The notes beneath the pieces are model-generated. The model saw only the letters and a program-made list of their open reading frames with translations. It did no database searches and was not told the DNA's origin. Shown in pieces: positions 13,498 to 25,435 of a DNA stretch of 64,000 nucleotides. Every line of letters starts with the position of its first letter. Position 1 is the stretch's first letter. A program made the translations under genes and the position numbers. The DNA comes from Marsupella aquatica (lineage: Eukaryota; Plantae; Marchantiophyta), in the NCBI GenBank assembly GCA_973895155.1, contig OZ316891.1, positions 14,291,037-14,355,036 of the forward strand, given 5' to 3'.

Positions 13498-13524
13498 AAT
13501 GTAACTATTTTTATTTTATATTAG

Positions 13525-13770
13525 ATGGATTTTAATAGACAATCCATAAATGTACCGGAGTTAGATTTGAATAGGCTTCCTAATAATGTGTCTGATTTTC
13601 CTTCATCTATTGACATTAGAGTGGTATGCCGTAAGAAGGTTGATTGTAGAGATGTTTTAGTTAGAAAGTATGGAGATGAAAGATACAATGTTATGCTTAG
13701 GATGCCAGAGCCTGTGATTATATCATCTATGGTAAATCTTAAGATCATAGTCTTTGTTTTCTATAATTGA
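13525..13770 (+). CDS. LTR-encoded micro-ORF paralog 2 (81 aa), unknown function
   Basis: DLNRLP...IRVVCRKK...RKYGDERY...PEP aligns with the 35003-35194 product. Confidence 0.6.
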   Translation: MDFNRQSINVPELDLNRLPNNVSDFPSSIDIRVVCRKKVDCRDVLVRKYGDERYNVMLRMPEPVIISSMVNLKIIVFVFYN

Positions 13771-14729
13771 CTTATCTAATTGTAGGATTCGTTGGAAATT
13801 GCAATCTATGACTTGACTTGGGAAGTAAGTTATGTGAAAAGAGGATAGGCCGATTCGAGGCTTAGTGTGAGGAAGCCGCTCATCGTAGAGTGAGACAAAG
13901 GCTGTGAGAGATATTTTAGAGGATAACGGTGAGAGAAATTGATCGACAAAGGGGATCGCAAGGGTAATGTGAGGTGAGAAAAAACGTATTTTGGAAAGGT
14001 TTCTTCCAAGATAGGAAAAACAAGAGCTCGGTGCTTCCCAAGAACTAAAGATTCCCCCGACAACGTGGATCAATATCCACGTAGATGTACTGCTTCACCA
14101 CCATGCCAAACTGTAGGAGAGCTTCCAGGCCTATAGAAATGCCACCAAAAAGTTCAAGCAATATAAGGCCATCTAGAGGAGGAGTCCATGTAACTGGTGC
14201 GCTCAAGATTGGGGCTATTGGTTGTCCATTGTGCTGCCCAAGGTCTTCAAACTTGCGCAATGCAGCCACCAAAGGTCCATGGGCTGCTTGGAGCCGTTGT
14301 ACCACCTCTGGTTGATGATCCACGTTGCTGGAAAATGCTGCTATATGTGCAGCAGCATGTGCAACAGCCACCTCATCGTCATCCTCCTCAATCCAATCCT
14401 GCAATGGATGGTTGACATAGGTAGTTGTGTGCACTTCTTTCAACACACAGTGGTGAGTCATAGGTGTATGGGCACCATGCAAATCAAGTGGAATGTAGCC
14501 CAAGTGTGAGCCATCAATATGCCAATCAACTCTGTAGTATGCATGCTCATGCCAGTTGTCAATGGTAAAACCTGGTGGGAACAAAACCTCTTGGCCAATG
14601 AGCACATCATACGTAGTGGCATTGGTAACCAAACATCTGACAGGGAAATGCAGTTCCTGATCTGTACCTCCATTAAAAGTGAGAGTGAGTAAAGTAGAAC
14701 TCTCACCTAGCACATCCTCCACAGTGCCA

Positions 14730-16465
14730 CTAGCAGTCCAAATGTGCCACGTACCTGGATTGCTGTAAATTATCAGTCATGACTCCCATCTTCTTGGCAA
14801 ACTGAATGCCCAAGATCACTGGTTGAGCGCCTGTGTCTAGCATGACCACCTGAGGAGTGTGACCCTCCAACTTGACCACTAAATTTCTGTTGTCAACAAT
14901 GGCAATGGTGGTGGAAACTGAAGTCCTGTCACTAGGCACCACTCTCGACAAATGATGAGGTACCTTGTGAAGGGAGTTAGTGTCCACGGTCTTTCCACTC
15001 AACAACATAGCCAGGAAAGATGGAGCAGCATGACCAGAATCAAGTGTAGCTTTGGTCACACAATCAACAGCAATCGGTACTGGGGCAGCCAAACCAGTGG
15101 AAACATGTAATGGAGAAAAAGAAGGTCCAGTATGTACATGAGATTGGACCTCCAAACCTGGTGTCACAGGGGCTGATGAAGAATGCAGTGAACCCTCTAG
15201 CGCTCTGATGACAGCTCTAGCATCCAATTGTAAATCATGGCAACTGATTAGTGGAGTTGTAAGAGTCTGTTGTGCCATACCAGAGGTGAAATGCTCAAGC
15301 AGCTCAGGAGAAACAACTCCCTGTGAAGTGTCAGCAGCACCTGGTGGTGGAATGGATGTAGCTGCAGCTCCCTGCCCCCTCGCCAACAAGGTGCGCTCTT
15401 CAGCAAGTGTGAGTGGCTAAAAAGATTGGGGCATGACAGCCGGAGCTCCCTTGGCTCTAGTCATAGGACTGGCAGCAAGACCATCAACCTTTACAATGCG
15501 GCATGTGGGAGCAGTACGGGAGGCAGCACTGGCCTGCTGGTAAGCAAAATAGGATGGGCAAAATGAATCTGAAAATTCTACTGTAAGGCCATGCTGTGTA
15601 GTAGAGGACAGCACACACTCACCCATATGAGCATCAAATGGCAAGCCCGAGTGGGGTAGAGGTGTTGAACTATCAGTGGTGCCTGGGCCAAGGATGGGTT
15701 GCACGTGACCAGCAGGTAGAGAAGGACCAGCAACGGTAGGTGACTTGCCTTTGATGTTGGCAAGTTGGGCACGTAAGGACTCAAACTCATGAGTCAGAGA
15801 CTGGAGTTGAGTTGCTTGTGCGTTGCGAGCCTCCTTCTGACCTGGTTGCTTCTGTTGCTGCTTAGGTGGTACATGCTTAGGCGGTACATGCTTAGGTGGT
15901 ACATGCTTAGGCGGTACATCATCTTCAATGTTTCATCTTGCTACCTCACAAAGGTGCCCAACTGCATGATTTTGTCAACACTCTTGATTGGGAATTCCAA
16001 TTCAAGAACCTGGAAAAACTCAACCACTGGATCAACAAAGGTAGGGGAATCAATGATGGGAGAAATGCCTGATGTAGCCTCTGCCGGGGCATGTGCCAAC
16101 ACTGTGGGACTAACTGGCGCAGTGGTAGGAACTAGAGTAGGAGGGGAAGTGGCCAGAGCAGCAGCATGGGCTGCAATGGCATTCTGTAATGCTAGTTATG
16201 AGGCAATTGCACTGGCATAGGCAGGGTTAGGCAATTGCGTGACAACAAGCAGCCGTTGAGAGTGCTGCTCATACACATCCAAAGCCTCATGGTGCACATA
16301 CCTGGCTAGCTGCTTAAATGCAAATACATTTGTGAAATTGTTGCCATACTTCAACTCCAATTTGTAAACAATAGTGTAGAAAGTGGATTTGAACTTACGC
16401 AAAGAAACAGTGCATGGCCGCCCGCTGAAGCGCTCAATGCGGCCAGATGAGTGGCTAGCATCCAT
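14730..16465 (-). pseudogene. Degenerate Gag plus retroviral-type aspartic protease of the DNMT retroelement
   Basis: ATG at 16465 (MDASHSSGRIERFSGRP), stops/deletion and 15-bp repeats at ~15859-15918, LDTGA protease motif near 14840, frameshift near 14750. Confidence 0.7.
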
Positions 16466-16748
16466 GCTGTATGTCGGTGAAGCTGGAACAACCACTGATG
16501 CAGAAAGAGTATAGGGCAAAGAAGCGATAGCAGGCTTTGGGGTAGAGGTGAAGCGACCGCCAAATGTAGCAGAAGGATGGTGTGGTGTGGGTGTTGTTGT
16601 TGTTTGTTGACGTCGTCAAAATTGCCAAGACTCCAATGAAATTGGCACCAACGGTCGTGGATCACTCCGCAAGTGGCGGAGTGGTACCTGCGTGTCGGTG
16701 GCGATGAACTGCTACAGCTTGGCTCCTCTGCTGACATGCTGCATGCTA

Positions 16749-16761
16749 ACCCGGGGTGCCA
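16749..16761 (-). other. Putative primer-binding site of the DNMT retroelement
   Basis: Minus strand ...TTTTGTACA tt TGGCACCCCGGGT; cognate tRNA not identified. Confidence 0.45.
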
Positions 16762-17566
16762 AATGTACAAAACGTGTGAACACACATAAAAACCATTACA
16801 AAGAAAAACCGTCAGAGAAAATGATCCTTAAAAGCGCAAATTCAGCTCCCTTTGCATTTGCTTATTATATGCCGAATTGACCGTCCGATGTGTAGACACC
16901 GGACCTGCAGCGGTATGTAGACGTCGGCGGAAAGGACGGCCCCTAAAATCTATACACATCGGGTCCCATTGTGGACCCGGAAAGTGCAACCGTTCGGAAT
17001 GGAAAGCAAGGGAGGCGCATCGATAGGGAAAAGAAATACAAGAAAAATGGGCCCGCCTCTAAGTGTATAGGCAAGCGACCCTATACACAACAATAAAAAT
17101 GGTGCGTGGCCCTATGCTGTCGAGCAAGGCGAAAGAAAAGAATCCAGCCCGAAAGACAAAGAAAGGGCGAGGCAAGGCAGGAGCGAACAGAAAGAAATGA
17201 GCCCCTCTTAATGGCTCTCGAACCCTCCGTAGGGCTTTGTGCCCCCCTTTATGAACTCCTGAAGAGAAGGGAGTGAACTCCCCCTCCCCTAGTCCCCTCC
17301 TTCAATGAAATTGGGCCTCGGGCCCTAGCAAGAGGATTCCTGAGAAGGGAGTCATATGTACTCCCCTTCCCCAATCTTTGAATGCAACATAGGGCTGTGT
17401 GCCCTCTCTTGACACTCGTTCCCCCTCCTTCTTGCTTTTGCTTGTGCTTGGCTGCCCCTCCCCCTGCTTTAATGCTGCCTTGGGCCTCGTGCCCTGCTTG
17501 CACTTCCCCTCGATCCCCTCCTCTAATGCCCTGTAAATTGGGCCTTGTGCTTGGCAGGACTCCCGA

Positions 17567-20058
17567 TGTCGTCGGGGAAAATATTGGACAAATGAAGTGG
17601 AAAGTGCCGGAACAGGGTGACTTGTTTTTAGTTCAGTTTGGAAGGCATCTCTGGTTGTGGTGCGGAAGAAACAATCTGAGTTTAAGTTGAAGGATAATAA
17701 GTCAAAAGAGGAATAAATAAGTGGGAGTTGGAGCTTAGGTTAAAGAAAATTGAGACTTTTATTGTGGAAGTGACATGTGGCGGCCTGGGATAGAAGGATT
17801 CGAATTCATAAGGGTCATGAGGATGAAACGGTGACGCGCACGATGAAGGTTCAGGGGAGGAAAAGGAAAACGGCCGAGTGTATGCGGAGTGTAGGATGGT
17901 TATTGTTGAAAGAGTTGGGCTGTCAAGCGAGTGTGGCGAAGCAGGCAGGATTTTGAGATTGGGGAAGGAAATCTGGGGAGGCATCGTGTATGGTTGGAGT
18001 GGAAGAAAGAAAGGAGATGATGAGCTTGGGATAGGTGAGGTTCAGCCAAAAGAGAATGTTGTTGTGGTGTGGAGCTTCCGGGTAGAGGACACGCAGAGCC
18101 GATTGTGGATGCCTGGTTGTTGTTGGTTGCTGTAGATCTCGTTTTTCTCGGATGAACAGGGCGAGGTGGCTTCAGGTGAAGAAGTGGAAATCGATAGACT
18201 GAGGTGAAGTGTGTGTGTGTGTATGCGATCTGCTTCGGAGCCTTCAAGTGAATAAGGGACTTCAACGGAAAAGAGGAAATGGAAGGTGGGCGATGGTGAG
18301 TATTCGATTGAATCGGAAAAAGAGAAAAAGCAAAAGAAGAGAGGCTATGGTGGATGAGGAAATGCAATTCGGGTGATCAAAAACAAAAACAAAAACAAAA
18401 CTTATATTAATCGTGAAGGAAGGGACGTAAGGGAGAATGAAGAGATTATGAGGAAAGAATGTGAGAAGGGCAAGCGCTGCTGAACGTTAAAGCTACTGAA
18501 AGGTCTCTCGAATGATCAAGAAGAAGCAGTCGAATGTTGATAGCTTTTTGAGAAAGATTATTCGTGAGATTTTGGAAGCAAAGGAGTAAGGGGCGAATGG
18601 TCGATCGTTGATATTGTGAAGGAAAGTTAAGGAGTGCTTTGAAGCTTGAGTAATGGAGGAGGTCGAATTCGGAAGCAGGAACCTTGGGAAAGCATTTGAG
18701 CGAGAGGAGAAGCCGAACGTTTGTGCTGACTCAAAGCAGAGAAGCGGAGGAGAATTAATCGAAGACCGGAGCCTGTCGAGATCATTCGCTCGATATTTGA
18801 GATTGAGGGAGTGGATGAAGAATACAGGGAATGTTTTCTTAGTACGCGGTCGACTGGGGAAGGGTGAAGAGTGGTGATTCACCACTGGAGTGAGGTTCGG
18901 GACTTGTGTTTGGGGCGGCGGAGGATTGAACAGAAGGATGACAGCGGGATTTTTCATTTAGCGCCACGGAGTGGCTGTGGTGACGAAAGGGAAAATTAGT
19001 AAGCGCAGCAAAGGAGACAGGGATCTGGGATGGTGAATGATGAACATTGAGCATTGGAGAAGCTTGACTTTCGTTGTTATCATTTGAGGACTTTTCTTGA
19101 GAGAACAGGTCAGATTGAGATTCAGGAAGAGAAACGGCAGAGATTCTTCATGGTGGAAAAACAAAATAAAACCTGTGTGCTGAAAGTCTGAGCTATGATG
19201 AAGGTAAAGAGGACTGGAGATCAAAGCGAAGAGGACATGTGATAAAGACCCGAGAATGAAGTCTAAGAACGTTGCTGCTGAACGATGATGTGGGAGGTTT
19301 AATTTTGAGGATGACAAGGAGCGATAAGCGATGGAATTGTGGAAGATGATCGGGAGGAAAGAAATTCGAAGGCAAGGAAATAAATTTGCGCTAAAGGCTG
19401 AGTTCGGGAGAAAAAGGGAGACAGGTTGAGGGAAAAGGAACACAACTCACGGAAATTAAAGTAAAGGGACAATCCGCTGCCATGGGGTATGAGGATAGCG
19501 GCCGTAAGTTCTTTTTGCTATGGGACTGGAAACTTGAAGAGAGAAGGAAGGAGAGCCAAGAAGAAGAGTGTAAGAGGAGCGACGATGTGAAGGAAGCTCG
19601 GCGGAGACTAAAATTGTGTCCAACATGTTTGGGGGAACCATCGATGAGCTTGAGGTCGAGACCTGATCTGATGATTGAGCTGAGTTTAGTGGAGAAACCT
19701 GAGTTAGGAGATGAGCCACCGAAAAACACTTTTGTGAACCCAAACCAAACTTCATATTTTTGAAAATGATTGAAATAAAAAGTTGAGTTTGGATTATTTT
19801 ATGTGATCGAAATGATGAAATGCTCTTGTGGTAAAAATGTTTAATTGTTATGGAAATGTGAGTGATGCATCGAATTTAGATGTAAGTAGAAATTTAGTGT
19901 TTTAAGTTAAAATAGCTTAGTGTAATTTCGTATTTAAAATGGAAACTGATTAGGATTAAGAAAGATTAAACCAACTTAAGAAAATACTATGTAAAATCCA
20001 AGTCCCTAAAAGTATTAAAAAGTCTACTTTTATACCGCTTTAAACTGGTCCCCGGACA
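17567..20058. mobile_element. 2.5-kb TG..CA insertion (probable solo LTR)
   Basis: Termini TGTCGTCGGGGA...TCCCCGGACA, near-TSD CCGA/CCAA; removal rejoins GACTCCC..GGGGAGTC and the GGGCCTCGTGCCC-rich flanks. Confidence 0.6.
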
Positions 20059-21243
20059 CCAAGGGGAGTCGACGTGAATTCCCCCTCCCTCTTTAATTCT
20101 TTGTAGGGCCTCGTGCCCTCGATTCTTGCTCCCTCTCCCTTGTTTTAATTGCAACGGCAGGAAGATGACAACGGCATCGGAAAATGGCGAGGCAAAAGAG
20201 TGAGGCGAGATGAAGCAAAAATGGCCGAGAAGGGGAGAAGTGCTGAGGCGAGGCCATGGCACAATGGAAATGGGGAGGAAAACGGGCACGCAGCCCTATG
20301 CAGGTCGCGCTGTAGTCAAATGAGCAAGGCCGGCTCACCGGCAGCCGTGGCAGGAGAATACGAGAAACGGCCCCAAAATCAAAGAAATGGCGATGGCATA
20401 GCGGCAGCAGGTTGCTGCAGTCGGTAGCAATAGTATGAAGGAGGCGGTCGGCCGCGGCAGTTGTAAGGAGGTCGCGCGACGGCCGGGAACAAAAATCCGG
20501 GAACAAAAGCATGGGTTTGGGCCCAAACACATAACACCCATAACTTTTAACTCGCCATTCCAATGCTGCTCAAAGAAATTGCACCAGCTTTGACGGAAAT
20601 TGTATGTACCGGTATGAGCAATCGAGAAGCACAATGTTTGCAATCTTCTTCCCCTCACTGCCAACTCGGGAGTTCTTCTTGAATAAAAGGCGTAAGAGAA
20701 ACAAGTGTACTGAAATCGAATTGAAAACCAGCCGGATGCCAAGATCGGCCGGGAGCATCTAACAAATCATTGTGTGAATCCCGTGTACGGAACCGACGAG
20801 CACTGTCTGAGCTCTGTCAACAGCGATTCAAGAAGAACTGAAAACCAACAAAAAAAAACATGCCCTAAGCAAGCAAAGTCTTGGCATCACACTAACAAGC
20901 GCGTTTGCTTCAAGAATGCCTAGAATTTGCTATAAGAAAATGTTGCTAACTTAAGTAGTACACTAGCCTTAACTACATACCTAGCGGGCATGCGAGGGAC
21001 ATGCTGATGTGCACAAGAGGCACTGTCCCTCGGCATGACAGGGACTCATGTTTGACATGAATGGATAGGATTGAGAGGAGGGTGGCATGCTAGGTGTGGT
21101 CTAGATCACGTTGGGGAGAGGTACTACAAGTGGAGGTGACATCTAGGGGAGAAAAGATAAAATTGTCTTCAGTTGTTTCTAGCTAACAATGATTTCTAAT
21201 CAGACTATCTCGTCAATGAGATTGCTGTTTGAGATGGAGATCA

Positions 21244-21701
21244 AGTAAAGCTACATCATCAGTTATCAGTGTTTTCCATCAGTCAACCTGATAACAGTTG
21301 CCATGTCATCTCAGAGAGGCCGCAAAGTTGCGGCGCCAAAAAAAATTGCTAAAAAAAATTCAATTTTTTTTTCTTAAAATTTGATGGAGACCCGCCAAGA
21401 TGGCTAGGTGTCCGTACGGACACAAAATTTTGTTGGAATTGTTTAAAAAAAATAAAATGGAATTTAAAAAAAAATTAAAAATTTAATTTTTTTCCCATTT
21501 TTTTGTCCGTACCTTGATCTTGGCGAGGTCAGCTGAGATTGAGTCAATCTCAGCTGCCCAGCTGAGATGCGCTGAAGTGCAAAGACCCCACCTCAACTGC
21601 TCAACTGAGATTCAGCAATTTCAAGATGACAAAACTGATAACTGGCATCAACGATCTATATCAGTTATCAGCCACTGATAACTGATGATCCTCGCTACCC
21701 C
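21244..21701. mobile_element. MITE (Mutator-like), ~460 bp
   Basis: Inverted repeat ATCATCAGTTATCAGTG / CACTGATAACTGATGAT near the ends; flanking direct repeat GATGGAGATCA at 21233-21243 and 21702-21712. Confidence 0.65.
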
Positions 21702-22573
21702 GATGGAGATCACACCATAAGATGGATGTAAGATTGCTACATCCAAAACACAAATCTGGACCTGTTCAGATTGGGATTCAGATCCAACCCATTATAATCA
21801 ATCAGTTTGAAGGGATGCAAGTTTTGCAAATTTCAGAAAAATACTAATCCATTTAAAACAAAGATGCAAGATGTAGGTCTAGAGCAAGTTATGCCCGGAT
21901 GGACTGCCAGATTGTCCAGGCATGGCAACTACTGTCTTCCCCCGAACACAGCACCCGGGCGCTATATTCAAATAGTGGGCCAGGGGGTGCTGTATTCGAA
22001 TATAGCGCCCTAGGCGTTGTGTTCAATTTTTTTGACATGGTTTTGGATTTGTCACAAGTGGCGCTGTGTTCGAAAATGGCATTGTGTTTGAAAATGACGT
22101 TGTGTTTGAGTTTAGGCCATTGTGTACAAGGTTAGGAGATTAATGTATTGTGTAAGCACAAACTGAAGTCTTAAATAAAGTGGTTAGGAATGTGTAGGTA
22201 ATTCAAAGGCTGGAATTACACAAGGGAAGCTAAGAGAACAGACCTTGCAAATCATAAGTACCATAAATTTATGACAAACAACAATATTTAAAAATATTTC
22301 CAAAACATCACTATTGTCCACTTAGTGCATGTCATACCATAAGACAATTGTTTGGTTGCCTCAAACAATAACAAGATGTCAAACCAACAATAAAATCAAA
22401 GTAACCATGCAAGGAGACTTGGACAAGTTCACCTAAGTGTGTACTTATGAGAGTTACATAATACGACTCTCATTGAAATAAACCAGTCCTGACATAGATC
22501 TCATAACTCTCATAGTGACACAAGGAACACATGCCCAAGAAAAGTGTCACCTAGCAAGTGTTTTTTGTAAACA

Positions 22574-24535
22574 CTACATCAACCCTTCATTGAGCTGCAT
22601 ACAAAAGTAATTGCCACTTCTTGCCAAATGAACTCGCTTCACAGGTTCCTCCACCTTGTAAACAAAGTTTTGGATGATCTTGCTATCCAGATTGACTTCT
22701 GTGAGCTCAATCTCCCATTCCTCCAATTTTGAAGCTGCAAACACTGCCAAGGTACCTGCCACCATTTCTCCACTCACCATATCAGCTGCAGCGTCATCAT
22801 CAAAAATGTCATCAAGATCAGGACACATTGACATGTGCACCACCAACTTTATGACATACGTGTCAAGATATTCATCCATGTCACTTCCGTGAATACCCTT
22901 GCAACAAAGAAGGCATCTAAATAGAGAGTAATCCTCCTCAAGACAAAACCATGTAGGTGGCTCGATGAGGAGAGTAGGGCGCAATTCTTCACTCTCTTCA
23001 AGTACATGCCCGTATTGTTCACTCCATTCAGCCAAGTCCAAGTCTGCCGCATACAATGCTCTAAGTGGCGGATGTAGGTTTTCCACTACAAATTGTGAGC
23101 TTGGCACCAAGCCACAAACCTGAGAGTACAAGATACATCCATTTAGGATTCATCAAAAAATATATGCCAAAAACCACATAAAATTAAACAAACTTTCATC
23201 TTACCCTAAACGCATTTGCCATGTCCTCCTCACAATTGCCAATCCATGAAAGTGCCCATTCTGCCACCACCTTTGCAGCTGGACCTTTAGGGTTTCCGGC
23301 AGTTGTTTGCATCTGTGGATTACTCAAGGCATCCGCAATGTAAGTGTCATATTGCGTTGCATAATCTGCCTGATAGCTTCGGTTCACTGCAACATCAAGA
23401 GGCTGCAAAAGGGAGGTCAAGTTCGCTGGCACAATATGCACAAACACATTGTAGTCCTCCAGTATCTTTGCATGTGCCTTGGGCCACTTCAGGTGGGGAC
23501 CATATGTGTCAATGATGTACAAAGTGGGCTCCCAGTAGAATTGGGTCTCACCTCGCTTCATCACTGTTTCATTAAAGTGTTCCCAGCATAACCATTCATT
23601 CCACATACCTGCATAGTTACAAATTTGGTTACATTTTGTACAATTAGAAAAAAGTTTATGTACATTCATAAGAAATTAAGAAATAAAATCTCTCCACAAA
23701 AATAAATAATGAGAGAATTGAATTTACCAGTTTGGTTAACTTCAACAAACACACCAAGCGGGACTTCAGGTTTGTTCTTCCGCTTTGAAATTAGAATGTG
23801 TGGCTTCAAATGTTTGCCTTCCCCCTGTTATGGAAAAGGCTATAGTGAACCGTTTATGGCTGGTGCCACCTTTTCTCATCATCACGGTTTGGCTGCCTCG
23901 GGTAGTAATGGTTGACCTTGGCTCTGTCTCATAGTACCGTGGCACCTGGTCCATATTGATAATGTTTTTGGGCTTGATTTTTTAGTGTCAATCAATTCTT
24001 GGCACTCCTGAATGAATGCCCAACACAAATCAGCAGCGTTGTCTAGTAGCTTGCGATCAGTTGTATGTCTCCTTGACACCAGGTCATGTCGCTTTTTGAA
24101 CCTGTCCAACCAACCTGTTGACGCTTTAAATGTCATCAATTCCTCACTTTCTGAGTTGGCTGCCATCCTCTCAGCAATCTTCAAGCCCATCTTAGAGATG
24201 TACAAATCCTTCACCCTCAATCCCTTCTCATTTTGTGCCACGATCCAACTATGAAGCTCCTCCTCCATTTTGGGCATCAATGGCCTCCACCCACCTCCCC
24301 TTAACGTGCGCAATTTTCAGGTTGAGATCTTGTCATCCTTAAGAGAGGCTTGCAACTCTGCCTTTTTCTCATACCATCCTCTCAAAGCCGACCGGGGTAC
24401 TCCAAATTTTTTGGCAAGTGCCCCAAAGCCTTGCCCTTTGATGTTTGGGTCATACTCTCGAATGATGTCCAGCTTGAACTTAAGAGAGTAAGTCCGGCAC
24501 TTCTCGTGTGCTGTCCCACGGGGATGTCTTGCCAT
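22574..24535 (-). pseudogene. pogo transposase (N-terminal HTH, CENP-B HTH, DDE_1), frameshifted, with introns
   Basis: YSLKFKLDII, MEEELHSWI...FKASTGWLDRFKKRH, NMDQVP, YIIDTYGPH, IVPANLTSLLQPLDVAVN. Confidence 0.88.
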
Positions 24536-24994
24536 GGCTGTCAACAAACGGCAGGGGCGGCAATCTGGCACCACCTTTAACACTTCATGTAACAAATCAA
24601 TGGCATGAACGAGCATATGAAAACCTCGGTTCACAACAACTTTAAAACTTTTTGGAGGTACAAAAAATGTATCGCGCATGGAACGATCAATCCATCAGTT
24701 TGGACAACATAGGCTACATAATGTCGGAGTTTGTTCAGGGATTGACGAGAGAATTATTGACGAGAGGGATTGACGAGAGAGTCCATCTTTTCAGAGGGAG
24801 TGAAGGAGTGAGCCAAATGCCTTGCTCTCGAAGCTATCGTAGGAAGAGAGGCTCGAGCAGTAGAAGTGGGAGGTGAGTGTGGATGAAAATTCCGCAACCT
24901 TAAGGACCAGAGGCTGAAGGAGTTTGGAGTGCTCACGGGCCAGCCGAAGACCATCAAGAAGGCGCAGGCCGTGCTACTCCTCTGGATCGAGCTT

Positions 24995-25435
24995 GAGGAT
25001 TTTTAAAATGTGGCCTGAGCTCTTTGAGCATCAGGACCAAAATCTTAGGGCAGCTGCCAAGGGACTGACAATTGAGCTTTGCCGGTGGATTGGGAAGGAC
25101 ACGGATCAGTCCATCCTCTTCAAGAAGATGCGAGACACCACGAGGAAAGAGGTGGAGGCTGAGGTGGAGAGTGTGGCCGGATTTTTGAGGCCAACGAGAA
25201 AGATCAGAGCAGAGTTGGAGATTGATGACTATGAGCTGAAGAAATCCGTGGACATACTCGGGCCCCTGGGCAAGTCCATCTTTTGGGAGGGAGTGACTCA
25301 GGCAGTGCAAGCGGTGTGAAGGGTGTGGAGGCGGGAAGTAAAGGAAATCGTTCATTACAAGGTAGTATAGGGAATATGTTCCGATTTCCATGCAAAACCT
25401 CAACGATGGCACTGCGGAGGTCAGAGACGCAGCAA
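24995..25435 (+). pseudogene. MOR1: Captured fragments of MOR1/XMAP215 (TOG-domain microtubule polymerase) inside the pogo element
   Basis: PELFEHQDQNLRAAAKGLTIELCRWIGKD..SILFKKMRDT..KEVE, EIDDYEL...VDILGPLGKS.FWEGV and LNDGTAEVRDAA match plant MOR1 as I recall it. Confidence 0.8.

Larger units (their letters stand above)
12631..14062 (+). mobile_element. Solo LTR, 1432 bp, 4-bp TSD ACGT
   Basis: Termini TGTCGTGGGG...CCCCCGACA, ACGT at 12627-12630 and 14063-14066; removal restores the DNMT frame VDIDPRARQVAES; TATA-like CTATAAAT at ~13078. Confidence 0.9.
11694..14180 (-). pseudogene. Retrotransposon-encoded C5 DNA cytosine methyltransferase (split by solo LTR; two in-frame stops)
   Basis: Motif I LLELFGGISIG, II YVDID, IV LDLIIAGWECQGFS, VI YIIEN, VIII DAVHCGSYAHCLRNFWTNL, IX-X EPSREERERAMGF...LLGRVMD; pieces 12264-12617, 12069-12257 and 11694-12005 are in one frame. 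Confidence 0.88.
11694..16764 (-). mobile_element. Ty3/Gypsy-type retroelement internal region: gag - aspartic protease - C5 cytosine methyltransferase; RT/RH/INT not present
   Basis: PBS-like TGGCACCCCGG 2 nt after ...TGTACA; gag-like ERFSGRP...FAFKQLARY; protease VMLDTGAQPVILG and YDVLIG; downstream DNMT motifs. Confidence 0.75.

Noticed and set aside
17682-19763. Numerous 60-160 aa ORFs on both strands
   Set aside because: Low-complexity S/F/L/P or E/K/R translations caused by purine skew; no recognisable motifs.
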